IMG/VR virus record: IMGVR_UViG_2974623408_000001
Span: 1-64,000 of that record
Reading direction: 5' to 3' (one strand)
Origin: a virus
Taxonomy: Duplodnaviria > Caudoviricetes
Length of the DNA stretch: 64,000 bases
The notes below the pieces were generated by a model. The model saw nothing but the letters and a program-made list of their open reading frames with translations. It had not been told where the DNA came from and ran no database searches. Both the position numbers and the translations under genes were made by a program. This document shows, in pieces, positions 44,708 through 54,827 of the stretch (positions are counted from its first letter, which is position 1; every line of letters starts with the position of its first letter).

Positions 44708-47700
44708 ATGGCGTCTAGGTTCGCAGCACGCGGCGTCAGCGTAGGTTCGGCTTATGTCGTCGTTCGTGCCCTAGTCAAGGATGCTAAGAAGGACATCACC
44801 AAGGGATTCCAAGAAGGATTCAAGGGTGCGTCCGAAATTGCTGAGCGTGAAGGTCAGAAATCTGGTAACAGATTCGCCCGTGCGTTCAGCAAAAACGCCA
44901 ACAAAGGCGTTGCTCAGTCTAGCAAGAAGCTGATCGAACTCAAGCGAAAGCTTGAGGAAGCTGATCTTGCGCTGGTTCGTGCCGGCGAAAAAGTCAACAA
45001 GATTCAACGTCAGATTACCAAGAACACTGACGACACAGCAAATGCTACTAGTGCGCTGAACGAAGCTATCCGTAAGGCGCAAGAGAATCTTGACGGGTAT
45101 ACTGGCAAGATCAAAAAAGCGACCCTCGCTCAGGAAGACGGTCGTATCGCTCTGGGTAGAGCGCGTGAAGAATTAGACAAGTTCAAGCGAACTAACCATG
45201 GCATTAAGTTCTTCGCAGCCGAGAACAACGTCAAAAAAGCTATCGCTGACATGGAGAACCTTGGCAAGAAGGCCAAGGAACTCGCGGTCAATCAGCGTGC
45301 GGCTGAGCTTGCTGTGCAGAAGAGCCGCGCTCGTCTGAAGAATCTCAAGGATGCTGGCGGAAAGCCAGGCAACCTAGACTACGACATCGCCGCCAACAAC
45401 GTTGACAAGGCTGTCGTAAAACTGGACAAGATCAAGAAGTCCATCAAGGACTTGACGATCAGCCAGGAAGCAGCGCGTATCGCGCTGAACAAAACCAAGG
45501 ATGCTCTCAACGGTCTGTCACAGACGCAGGACGGCATCAATCTTGCTGCTGCGCAACAGAATGTGGAAAAGCTTGAAGCCGCGTACGAACGACTTCAGGC
45601 GCAGCGTGAGAAGCTTGTAAACCAGGCTGAACGCGAGCGTGCTGCTGGTGTCGAAGGCACAGAAGCAGTCATCCGCGCGAAGAACAAACTTATTGCTCTG
45701 TCGGAAAAAGAAATCGACCTAGAGCAGAAGCTTCGCGATGCCCGTAACACGGTAAAGACTCGTGAAATCACAATCGGTGGCATCAAGTCTGACATCGCTG
45801 AGGCTGAGTCTAATCGCTCCGGTGAGCGTGCAGGTAGAATCTTTGCGAAGGCGTTCCTTACCACTGTTGGTGGTGGACTGCAGGCTATTCGCGGTACACT
45901 GAAGGCGTTGTCACTTCTCGCCACAACAGCGTTCATCGCGATGTCGGGGCAGGTTGCTGTCGCTGGCTTGACGACGATCATCGCTTCGTTGTCACAGATA
46001 GCAGGACTATTAGCAGGTCTGCCAGCGCTGGCTAATGCGTTCATAGCTGTGTTCGCTACTGGCGCCCTTGCCTTCTCAGGCATCAGTGACGCGTTCAAGG
46101 AAATGGGCAAAGAGCAGCAGAACGCTGCTCAGACTGCGAAAGCTGTTGCAGCCGCACAGCGTCAGGTTGTGTCTGCACAGCGTGCACTTGAGGATGCGCA
46201 CGAAGGTGTGGCTGACGCGATCGACGGTGTCACGGACGCTGAGATTGCTGCCGAACGTGCGCACCGCGACAAGCTTGAGGCGATCAAAGACCTCAGTGAC
46301 GCGTACAAGGAGGCCGAGGAACGACTAGAAGACCTTGACCTTCGTGTTCGTGGTGCCGCTCTCAGTGAAGAGGGTGCGGTTCTTCGTGTCCGTAGAGCCC
46401 GTGAGCGACTTGCGAACATGCCAGCTGGTTCGACTGCGTTGGACTATGACGAAGAGCGTCTCAACCTGCGTGAGGCGCTGCATAACCTTGATGAGGTTCG
46501 TGAGTCGAATGGTGATCTTCGTGAAGAGTACGCGAAGGCGCGTAAGGAAGGCGTCGAAGGTTCCCAGGAAGTAGCTGACGGTAAGAAGAAGGTTGCCGAC
46601 GCAGCTGAAGCTGAGACTGCCGCGCAGCGCAACGTTGTACAGGCACAACGTAATTTGGCGAACGCCCAGGAACGTGTCACCGAGGCAACCGAAGATCTTG
46701 CCGAGGCTATGCGCGGTGTTAGCGAGGCAGCTAACAGTGGTGGTGTCAACAAGTTCAAGGAAGCTCTCGACAAGCTTGCACCGAACGCTCGCAACTTTGT
46801 CCTGACTATCAAAGAACTTGTACCGCAGTTCAAGAACCTACGAAACATTGTGCAGAACAACATGTTCGCCGGGTTCTCTGAGGATGTTCGCAGTCTAGCC
46901 GGTCGTTACCTACCGATTCTTGAAACGGGAATGGGTAAGCTGTCGACGGTTATGAACCGTACGATCCGCGAGTTCGTCGGTGGATTTAACACAGACGAAG
47001 CAGCTGGAAACTTCGGTACGTTGCTGGACCGTATCAGCAACATGCTTGACGCCATGCGTCCGGGTCTCAACGCCTTCGGTGCTGCGTGGCGCAACCTGTC
47101 GATGATCGGTTCAGAGTTCCTGGGACGTTTGGGAATCAGCTTCACTGTCCTGATGCAGCGTTTCGAAATCTGGACACAAAACACCCAGAACGTCCGTAAC
47201 GTCATCGAACGCGCGATCCAGTCGACTAAGAGCTGGTTCGCTGCGATTGGCGCTATCGGCGGAGCACTGAACCACATCGGAAAGATCGCTCTGCAAAGCG
47301 GTCTCATGGATTCGATCTTCGGTATCGCACACTCGATGGAACGTGTGACGAAGAGCACCGAGGGTACACGCGCACTGACAGAGTTCTTCACTAACGCTGG
47401 CGTAGCAGCGAAGGCTCTGGAACCTGTGTTCGGCAAGCTTCTGCTGTTGATCTCTGACATTGGTGGAAAGCTGGCTTTGCTCGGTGCTGACATGGCACCT
47501 GGATTCACTGTGTTCTTGCAGGGAATCCGAAACGTGTTGCTGGAGATCAGCCCTGCGCTGGAAAAGCTTGGTCCGATGTTCAGCGACGTGTTCGCTGCTG
47601 TGGGCGAACAGGGACCAGCTATCGGTCAGGCGTTGAACTCGTTGCTTATCGCGTTTGCACCATGGTTCAGCATCATCTCGGTGCTTGCACGTACACTTCT

Positions 47701-50700
47701 ACCAACCGTAGCCAAAGTGATCGAAGCAATGGCTCCGGTCATTTCTGCGCTCGCTCCTGTGATTATCGGCCTTGTTGTGGCGTGGAAAGCCTACAACATG
47801 GTGCTTGCAATCAACACAGCACTGAACCGCACCGCCGCTGGTTCGTGGATTGCGTCGAAGATTGCGCTGGGTCTCAAGACTGTGGCCCTCGGTGTTGCCA
47901 AGGTGGCTTTGATCGTCTACAACGCCACTTTGGGTAAGGCAATCCTAGCGGCTCGTTCGTTCACAACATGGATTGGGTACAAGAAGGCCGCAATCCATGC
48001 ATCCACAGGCGCAACAAACATCAGCACCGCGGCGATCATCCGTCAGACGATCGCTGAAAAAGCACGCGCCGTAGCGACAAAGATTTCCACAGCTGCACAG
48101 TGGGCTCTCAACACCGCGATGCGCGCTAACCCGATCATCTTGATCCTGTCGCTGATCGTGGCGCTGGGTGCTGGTCTTGTACTACTGTACAAGAAAAATG
48201 AGACGTTCCGTAATATCGTTCAGGGTGCCTGGAGAGGTATCAAGAACGTCATTGGCGGAGTCTACAACTGGTTGAAGGACAACGTCTTCCCAGTTCTCAA
48301 GGCTGGCCTGGAGGCTATCGGTAAGGCAGCCAAGTGGCTGTGGGAGAAGGCTATCCAGCCAGCGTTCAAGGCGTTGAGCAAGGTTGTCGACTTCGTCAAG
48401 GAACGCTGGAAGCTGTTCGCGGGTATTCTACTCGTGGTCACCGGGCCAGTCGGCTGGCTGATCGGCCTTGTCGCGTTGCTGGTCAAGAACTTTGACAAGT
48501 TCAAGCCTGTACTTGCCGCTGTGGGTAACGCCATTAAGTGGTGGTGGCAGAACATCACTATGCCTGCGCTCAAGGCTATCGCCGCGATCTTTAAGTGGGC
48601 GTGGGACAGCGTCATCAAGCCAGTCTTCAACGCGCTGGTATGGTTCATCAAGAATGTAACCATTCCTGTAATCACGTTCTTGTGGAAGAACGTGATCTCG
48701 CCTGCGTTCAAGGCTATTGGTGCTATAATCGAGTTCGCGTGGAACAACGTTATCAAGCCAATCTGGACTGTTCTTGTTTGGTGGATCAAGAACGTAATTG
48801 TTCCTGCGGTCATGTGGCTGTGGAAGAACATCATCGAACCGGCGTTCAAAACCATCGGTGCGATCATCAAATGGGTTTGGGAAAATGTCATCAAGCCTGC
48901 TTGGGAATCGCTAACTCTTACACTCGACGCACTTGGTAAGTTCTTCAAGTGGGTGTGGGAAGAGGTTATCAAGCCTGCGTGGGACGGACTTGGTAACGGT
49001 ATCAGCTGGGTTATCGACAACGTTATCGTTCCTGCGTTCAACTGGTTGAAGGATCGTCTCGACGACGTAAAGGAATTCTTCAAGACCACAGTCGACGGTA
49101 TCGGTAAGCTGTGGGATGGCTTGAAGAGTCTTCTTGCCAAGCCTCTTCGCTTCTTTGTCGACAAGGTTTACAACCCGGTCATTGCTGGATTGTGGAACAA
49201 GGTTGCTGACATTGTTGGCATCGACAAGAAGCTTCCAACAGTCGATCCGAACTCGATGAACTTCGCCAAGGGCGGAGTGTTCAAGACTGGCGGAGTCACA
49301 CCTGGGTACACACCAGGTCGAGACGTCCATCAGTACGTGTCGCCGACTGGCGGACGACTTGCGTTGTCCGGCGGCGAAGCGATCATGCGTCCGGAATGGA
49401 CACGTGCTGTTGGTGGTCCTAAGGCTGTCGCACAAATGAATAAGGCTGCCATTCGCGGTGCGAAATGGCAGAAGATGCAGAAGGACATCCAAAAGGAACA
49501 CGGATACGCTAAGGGTGGCGTGTTCGGCGCTCAGCGCTACGCGATGGGTGGTGTTACACCTCGTGAGGCACAGCAGCTTGGTGGAGCCGCGATTAACACC
49601 TCGCTGTGGCGAACAATCAAGGGAGCCTTCCCTAGCGCTCAATTGAACTCGGGTATGACCGACCACTTCGTCGACAACGGATACCACCCTCGTGGTGCCG
49701 CTATCGACATTGGTGGTCCAAACATGCTGGGCATGAACCACTGGATTTTCGACAGACTGAAAAACCAAACAGCCCAGCTGATCCACGCTCCTGTACCTCC
49801 AGCGCGAGTTGTGTTGAACTCTGCGCTATCTGGTCGTATTCCACACACTGACCAGGCTGGTATCGCTGCAGCCTACGGTGGCAACCCAACACTTGGTGGT
49901 CACGGTAACCACATCCACTGGGCTGCGGACGCACCAATCTCTGAACGCCCTGACGGTAGCTTCTACAGCACCGCAGGATACCAGCTTGGTGGTATCGGCG
50001 CTCAGGCTGGTGGTGGCATCCTGGGTGCCGTCATGCAGACGATCAAAGACCAAGTGATCGAAACGTTCACAACGCCTCTGCGTGCAGCAATCAACGCGAT
50101 GCCAAACGCCAAGGCACCGTACGCTCAGCTGCCTAAGAAGATGGCCTCGAAGATGGCCGACGGTCTGATCAACAAGGCCGAGAAGGAAGGCGAAAAGCAG
50201 GACGCTGCAAATCCTTCAGGCTCAGGAATTGGTGCAGGATTCCAGAGCTGGAACGGTCCAGCAGACGCGAGTGTTGTTGCGAAGGTACAGAAAGCGTTCG
50301 CTGAAGCTGGCTGGGGCGAGGGTCCTGAGTGGGAAGCTGCTAAGTGGATCATCGGTAAAGAGTCGACTTGGAATCCAACAGCTGTTAACCCGTCGTCGGG
50401 AGCTTGGGGTCTGTTCCAGTTCCTAGGATCGACGAAAGATTCGTACTACCCAAGTAACGATCCTGATCCGTACAAGCAGGCGCAAGCTGGTGCCCGGTAC
50501 ATGCGTGATCGTTACGGTAGCCCGACAAAGGCTAAGGCGTTCTGGGAAGCCAACGGTTGGTATGACCGTGGTGGAATAATCAAGCCAGGCAAGACACTCG
50601 TCAACAACGAGTCTGGAAAACCAGAAGCGCTGTTGTCGAACAGCCAGTGGGCGTTGATGCGCAAGCAGGCTGACAATAACGCTGAGCAGCTAAAGCAGAA

Positions 50701-51373
50701 CGAGGAAGAAAAGAAGGACGAAGAGCAGAAGAAGCTCGACGACGACGCTGATAAGAAGGACGAAGAGAAGAAGACTGAGGAGGAGAAAAAGCAGGAGGCT
50801 GAGGAGAAGAGAAAGCAGGCTGAGGACGAAAAGAAGTCCAAGGAAGAAGAAGCCAAAAAGCTCCGCGACGAAGCCCGCAAGAATCCTACAACTGAAAACC
50901 GTATGCTGCGTGGTATCAAGCGTAACCAGCTTGACTGGGACGCCGCAAACCATTGGGCTGAAACAACTTTGCCTCAGCAGGGACTTGACTATGCTCGCGA
51001 AACAACTAAGGAAATCGCGGGTCAGTTCCTTGAGCCACTTGGTCTTGAAGGAATCGTTGGCAAGCTGATCGATCTCGGCTTTGAAGCGAACAAGCCAAAA
51101 GACCAGAACGGCGAAAACAGCGACGGCTACAAGAGCGAATACGGACCATCTGGTGTTGAGGACGACGCAGCAACGTCACGTGACCCAGCGAACAACGCGA
51201 ACCCTAAGGACGATCCAGCCAAGAAGGACGACAAGAAGAATCAGCCTGTAGAGCCAAACAAGGTCGCAGACACGATCCAGTTCTTCGGTATGGACCCCAA
51301 GAAAGTCATGGAAGAAATTAGACGTGAACAGAATAAGCGTGCTGCGTACACATCACGCTATGTGAGAGGGTAA
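44708..51373 (+). CDS. tape measure protein with C-terminal peptidase-like and lytic transglycosylase domains
   Basis: 2221 aa; Trp-periodic repeats; YHPRGAAID...HGNHIH; KESTWNP.AVNPSSGA.GLFQ. Confidence 0.95.
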   Translation: MASRFAARGVSVGSAYVVVRALVKDAKKDITKGFQEGFKGASEIAEREGQKSGNRFARAFSKNANKGVAQSSKKLIELKRKLEEADLALVRAGEKVNKIQRQITKNTDDTANATSALNEAIRKAQENLDGYTGKIKKATLAQEDGRIALGRAREELDKFKRTNHGIKFFAAENNVKKAIADMENLGKKAKELAVNQRAAELAVQKSRARLKNLKDAGGKPGNLDYDIAANNVDKAVVKLDKIKKSIKDLTISQEAARIALNKTKDALNGLSQTQDGINLAAAQQNVEKLEAAYERLQAQREKLVNQAERERAAGVEGTEAVIRAKNKLIALSEKEIDLEQKLRDARNTVKTREITIGGIKSDIAEAESNRSGERAGRIFAKAFLTTVGGGLQAIRGTLKALSLLATTAFIAMSGQVAVAGLTTIIASLSQIAGLLAGLPALANAFIAVFATGALAFSGISDAFKEMGKEQQNAAQTAKAVAAAQRQVVSAQRALEDAHEGVADAIDGVTDAEIAAERAHRDKLEAIKDLSDAYKEAEERLEDLDLRVRGAALSEEGAVLRVRRARERLANMPAGSTALDYDEERLNLREALHNLDEVRESNGDLREEYAKARKEGVEGSQEVADGKKKVADAAEAETAAQRNVVQAQRNLANAQERVTEATEDLAEAMRGVSEAANSGGVNKFKEALDKLAPNARNFVLTIKELVPQFKNLRNIVQNNMFAGFSEDVRSLAGRYLPILETGMGKLSTVMNRTIREFVGGFNTDEAAGNFGTLLDRISNMLDAMRPGLNAFGAAWRNLSMIGSEFLGRLGISFTVLMQRFEIWTQNTQNVRNVIERAIQSTKSWFAAIGAIGGALNHIGKIALQSGLMDSIFGIAHSMERVTKSTEGTRALTEFFTNAGVAAKALEPVFGKLLLLISDIGGKLALLGADMAPGFTVFLQGIRNVLLEISPALEKLGPMFSDVFAAVGEQGPAIGQALNSLLIAFAPWFSIISVLARTLLPTVAKVIEAMAPVISALAPVIIGLVVAWKAYNMVLAINTALNRTAAGSWIASKIALGLKTVALGVAKVALIVYNATLGKAILAARSFTTWIGYKKAAIHASTGATNISTAAIIRQTIAEKARAVATKISTAAQWALNTAMRANPIILILSLIVALGAGLVLLYKKNETFRNIVQGAWRGIKNVIGGVYNWLKDNVFPVLKAGLEAIGKAAKWLWEKAIQPAFKALSKVVDFVKERWKLFAGILLVVTGPVGWLIGLVALLVKNFDKFKPVLAAVGNAIKWWWQNITMPALKAIAAIFKWAWDSVIKPVFNALVWFIKNVTIPVITFLWKNVISPAFKAIGAIIEFAWNNVIKPIWTVLVWWIKNVIVPAVMWLWKNIIEPAFKTIGAIIKWVWENVIKPAWESLTLTLDALGKFFKWVWEEVIKPAWDGLGNGISWVIDNVIVPAFNWLKDRLDDVKEFFKTTVDGIGKLWDGLKSLLAKPLRFFVDKVYNPVIAGLWNKVADIVGIDKKLPTVDPNSMNFAKGGVFKTGGVTPGYTPGRDVHQYVSPTGGRLALSGGEAIMRPEWTRAVGGPKAVAQMNKAAIRGAKWQKMQKDIQKEHGYAKGGVFGAQRYAMGGVTPREAQQLGGAAINTSLWRTIKGAFPSAQLNSGMTDHFVDNGYHPRGAAIDIGGPNMLGMNHWIFDRLKNQTAQLIHAPVPPARVVLNSALSGRIPHTDQAGIAAAYGGNPTLGGHGNHIHWAADAPISERPDGSFYSTAGYQLGGIGAQAGGGILGAVMQTIKDQVIETFTTPLRAAINAMPNAKAPYAQLPKKMASKMADGLINKAEKEGEKQDAANPSGSGIGAGFQSWNGPADASVVAKVQKAFAEAGWGEGPEWEAAKWIIGKESTWNPTAVNPSSGAWGLFQFLGSTKDSYYPSNDPDPYKQAQAGARYMRDRYGSPTKAKAFWEANGWYDRGGIIKPGKTLVNNESGKPEALLSNSQWALMRKQADNNAEQLKQNEEEKKDEEQKKLDDDADKKDEEKKTEEEKKQEAEEKRKQAEDEKKSKEEEAKKLRDEARKNPTTENRMLRGIKRNQLDWDAANHWAETTLPQQGLDYARETTKEIAGQFLEPLGLEGIVGKLIDLGFEANKPKDQNGENSDGYKSEYGPSGVEDDAATSRDPANNANPKDDPAKKDDKKNQPVEPNKVADTIQFFGMDPKKVMEEIRREQNKRAAYTSRYVRG

Positions 51374-51376
51374 GAC

Positions 51377-52333
51377 ATGCCTGTTCTAGGACCATCAGCG
51401 GGACACCAAGTCCGTATGCAGCTGATTCGACGTGATCGCACGCCGAACAGCCCTACCTACGGTCAGAACCTGAAGACAATCGAAGTATACGGAGACGCAA
51501 CAGCTGACGGAGTCTGCCTGATGAAGGGCTTCTCCGGCCTGATGCACGCACCGCGATCACACGTCAAGGATTCCTGGGCTTACCAGGAGGGTGTGACTTT
51601 GTCCGACTTCCCGCGTGTCGATGAACGCATTGTGGACCTGAAGCTGGCCACAAAAGGGAAGTCCCCGCAGGATTGGGAGAACGTCGAGTCAAACCTGTGG
51701 GACGTTCTCGGGTTCAAGGAGGACGCCGTATTACGCGTTACTTTCAACGGCAAGAGCCGTGAACTGAACGTCCGTCTGGAACGTAAACCTGATGACGCGA
51801 TGGACTACTTTCCAGGTGAAACCAAATACATGATCTGGAATATCACTCTGATCGCCTGCGACCCGTGGTGGTACTCAAACACTCTATCTAGCTCATGGAC
51901 TCGCGGTGCAACCGTTGCTGACGGTTCAGGTTGGTACAACGGTGCCGTCAACATCATCAACCCTGCCGATCAGGACTGCTGGCTAGAGTGGTCGAACCGT
52001 GAGATCACCGTGGCTGAGCAGTGGAAACTCCCTGACGCCAACGCGAAATACCCTACCGGCCACGTGAACGCGGGCCAGCAGGTAATGCACACACTTCCCA
52101 ACTTGGGTGTCGGTAAGTCCTTCCTGGTGCAGACACATCCACTGCGGGAAACCTTGATGGTAATGGACAATTCACTGGAATGGGCCAAGATGCGAGCCGA
52201 AGATTTTGTGTTTCCACTTGCAGCGAAGACGAACAACCCGATCACGGTTCCTGTCGCGCTCAAGGGTGGTACCACAGACTCTAAGGTCACCGTGTTCATG
52301 GTGCAGCGACACGATAGACCTTGGGGTGACTAA
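51377..52333 (+). CDS. minor tail protein (distal tail)
   Basis: follows TMP; LIACDPWW. Confidence 0.8.
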   Translation: MPVLGPSAGHQVRMQLIRRDRTPNSPTYGQNLKTIEVYGDATADGVCLMKGFSGLMHAPRSHVKDSWAYQEGVTLSDFPRVDERIVDLKLATKGKSPQDWENVESNLWDVLGFKEDAVLRVTFNGKSRELNVRLERKPDDAMDYFPGETKYMIWNITLIACDPWWYSNTLSSSWTRGATVADGSGWYNGAVNIINPADQDCWLEWSNREITVAEQWKLPDANAKYPTGHVNAGQQVMHTLPNLGVGKSFLVQTHPLRETLMVMDNSLEWAKMRAEDFVFPLAAKTNNPITVPVALKGGTTDSKVTVFMVQRHDRPWGD

Positions 52334-52335
52334 TC

Positions 52336-53952
52336 ATGCCGATGGAACCAGCAGAAATTCGGTCGAAACTCTTACAGCGCACGATTCTTGACACGTACCT
52401 TCGCAGACAGAGACCACTAGTTCGTTTGTTCGACAAGGACTGGGAACAGGTCGGTATTCTTCAGGGTGAGGTCGAGGCGTCGTTCGAGTCACGCATGTTC
52501 GACACTGGTGAGGGCAACATCAAGTTGATGGGCGATCACAAGTGGCGCGAATGGCTTGTGTACGAACTGGAAGAAGAGGAAGACGTCCATATTGTTGTGG
52601 ACGTACCGGGGATTCGTTGGTCTGGCAAGGTCTCGACTATCCAGGACATCGAAACTGACAACGGTCTCAAATATGTCAACCTCACCATTCTGGACGATCG
52701 TGAGCACCTGAAGAAGATCATCTGCTACTCGAACCCGCTGTTCCCAGCTGAGTTCCAGTGGCCGAAGATGTTCCTGTGGGCTGGCCCTGCGGTGTTCGGC
52801 ATCAAAGCCATGATCTTCCTGAACCTGATGCGTCGTTTCGTTCCGTTCTTCTGGACGTTGCCGGAGAACATCTTTGACCCTGCGTCATGGCTGGCCAACC
52901 TGAACCCACTGAACTGGCCGATCATGGTGGCGCCTGGAAACTTCTTCACCGACACATCGATGTGGTGTGTTCTCACAACACGTTTCGGCAACCTGCACGA
53001 CGTCATCACACCCACGTTGAAGGACGCCGGATTGATGGTGACGACACAGCGCTGGCTACCAGGTGACCCTCAGCCGTTTAGCACACACGCTACAATTACA
53101 AAGCCCACGTTGATCTTTGACATCGTGGACAAATCTGGTGTGCGCGGACCTACAGGTACAGTGTTCGACGGTCTGTTGAAGCTGGGCCGCACAATCCTTG
53201 AGGATGGTATCAGTGAAGAGATTAGCATTCTGCCCACTGGTGAGGCTCCCGCTGGCTACGGTACGCCTAACACGTTCTTCACTGATAAAGATTGGCCATG
53301 GGTTGTATGGCGAAACGGTATGCGCACTGGCCTTTCCGGAGTGTCCTCTTGGGAAATGACGATACACAAGCCTCTGGCGGGGGCGATCGTCACAGGGGGT
53401 CGAAGCCCCGAGTGGGTCAACGCCGGAATTAAATTGCTACTCAACGCTGGCCTGGGATACTTGGGCATGCTGATAGGTAACCCAGCACTAGGGCTGGGCA
53501 TCTTCGAGGATCAAGTTACAGACGTTGTGCTGGCGTTCCACCGTATCCCGCACCCAATCCGTCAGGCTGCTATGGGTCGTGGTCAGTACGGTGAGGCGTG
53601 GGAGAACGCTGGCGGAACCGGATTCTCGTTGTCCGCATTGCAGGCGATCCGTACTGGTATGTGGAGAACGCGTGCGTACACCAGCTTCAAGGTCACCGTA
53701 GTCAATGGTGCTCCATACTGGGTAGGCAAGCACTTTACCCTCGGCGATCGAGTTGCCGCCGAGATTGGTACATCCGGCCAGCTGTACGTCGACCAGGTGA
53801 ACGCGTTGAAGCTTAGCTGGAGTCGCGATCAGGACCCTAAGTGGGAAATTTCTATCGGTGACGATGAGGCTGAGGAGGAGCGTGGTGCTGTTCTCGGGCG
53901 TCAGCTTGAGCAGGTCCGTGCGTTTGTCCAGAGTCTTGGAGTCGATTCATAA
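52336..53952 (+). CDS. minor tail protein (baseplate hub)
   Basis: RLFDKDW, RWSG, NPLFPAEFQWP, LGDRV. Confidence 0.85.
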   Translation: MPMEPAEIRSKLLQRTILDTYLRRQRPLVRLFDKDWEQVGILQGEVEASFESRMFDTGEGNIKLMGDHKWREWLVYELEEEEDVHIVVDVPGIRWSGKVSTIQDIETDNGLKYVNLTILDDREHLKKIICYSNPLFPAEFQWPKMFLWAGPAVFGIKAMIFLNLMRRFVPFFWTLPENIFDPASWLANLNPLNWPIMVAPGNFFTDTSMWCVLTTRFGNLHDVITPTLKDAGLMVTTQRWLPGDPQPFSTHATITKPTLIFDIVDKSGVRGPTGTVFDGLLKLGRTILEDGISEEISILPTGEAPAGYGTPNTFFTDKDWPWVVWRNGMRTGLSGVSSWEMTIHKPLAGAIVTGGRSPEWVNAGIKLLLNAGLGYLGMLIGNPALGLGIFEDQVTDVVLAFHRIPHPIRQAAMGRGQYGEAWENAGGTGFSLSALQAIRTGMWRTRAYTSFKVTVVNGAPYWVGKHFTLGDRVAAEIGTSGQLYVDQVNALKLSWSRDQDPKWEISIGDDEAEEERGAVLGRQLEQVRAFVQSLGVDS

Positions 53953-54155
53953 TGATCACGAAAGTAAGACGCTGGATTGGTGAGAACAATCACAAGATAC
54001 AAGGATACATCTGGATTTTTCTTGGAATTCCGACAATTGTGTGGTGGAAAGACTCTGTGCTATGGGTTGCGTTGATGAGTATTTACGCAAACGCTGAAGC
54101 ATCATTTTCCGCTGACCAGGCTAAAGAAGCTAGAAAAGAGAACAAAGACAAATGA
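53952..54155 (+). CDS. small membrane protein
   Basis: WIFLGIPTIVWWKDSVLWVALMSIYAN. Confidence 0.6.
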   Translation: MITKVRRWIGENNHKIQGYIWIFLGIPTIVWWKDSVLWVALMSIYANAEASFSADQAKEARKENKDK

Positions 54156-54793
54156 GTGACTGGCAGATGAAGACGCGACCGGAACCGCGTGCGAAGAAGA
54201 AAAAGCGTATACGACTTCCGGCGTACACGATGCCGCATCGCTATCTTCCACTCGTCCGTGGTGTACCGATGCGCGACCACAATCAACCGACAACGGCATC
54301 CACGAAGCTTCCGCCAATGAGCCTTCCGATCGAAGCGCAGAATTCCCTGGCCTACCATTTGGAAATGGCAGGACTGGTTCACGTGGAAGACTTGAAGAAG
54401 CTGGCAGACGAGAACGGGATGATTCATGTAGATCAACTCCCGCCAGTTTACTTGGTGCATCTTGCGCCGGAGCACGGCCCTGACATTCAATTGAATCCAG
54501 GTACATGGGTCACACCAGAAGAGGCCGCAGCACACGCAGTAGTCTCACCTCCTGTGACCGAGGTGGAACTACCAAAGACAGAGGAGATAGCTGATGCTTC
54601 GTACGAACAGCTGGCTGCTCTGGAAGCGACTGCTCGCGCGGCTAGAATACAGCGTATTCGTGAACAGCAAGTGGACGCTTTCGTGGAGCCAAATCCAGCA
54701 CCACCAGGGGACAATGATTCAGTGGACGTGTCCCGAGTGCCAGGCGTGGTGGATGATCAAGAACAAGGAACCGGACAAGTACCGTCTGATTAA
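54152..54793 (+). CDS. DUF2744-like tail-region protein
   Basis: LA.HL...G, LNPGTWV; usual position. Confidence 0.6.
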   Translation: MSDWQMKTRPEPRAKKKKRIRLPAYTMPHRYLPLVRGVPMRDHNQPTTASTKLPPMSLPIEAQNSLAYHLEMAGLVHVEDLKKLADENGMIHVDQLPPVYLVHLAPEHGPDIQLNPGTWVTPEEAAAHAVVSPPVTEVELPKTEEIADASYEQLAALEATARAARIQRIREQQVDAFVEPNPAPPGDNDSVDVSRVPGVVDDQEQGTGQVPSD

Positions 54794-54827
54794 ACTACAG
54801 CGACACCATTTGCCGAGGAGGTGACTA

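Noticed and set aside
48200-49200. Periodic Trp-rich repeats in the tape measure and the antisense ORF 48262-49164
   Set aside because: Normal TMP repeat structure and its antisense shadow.
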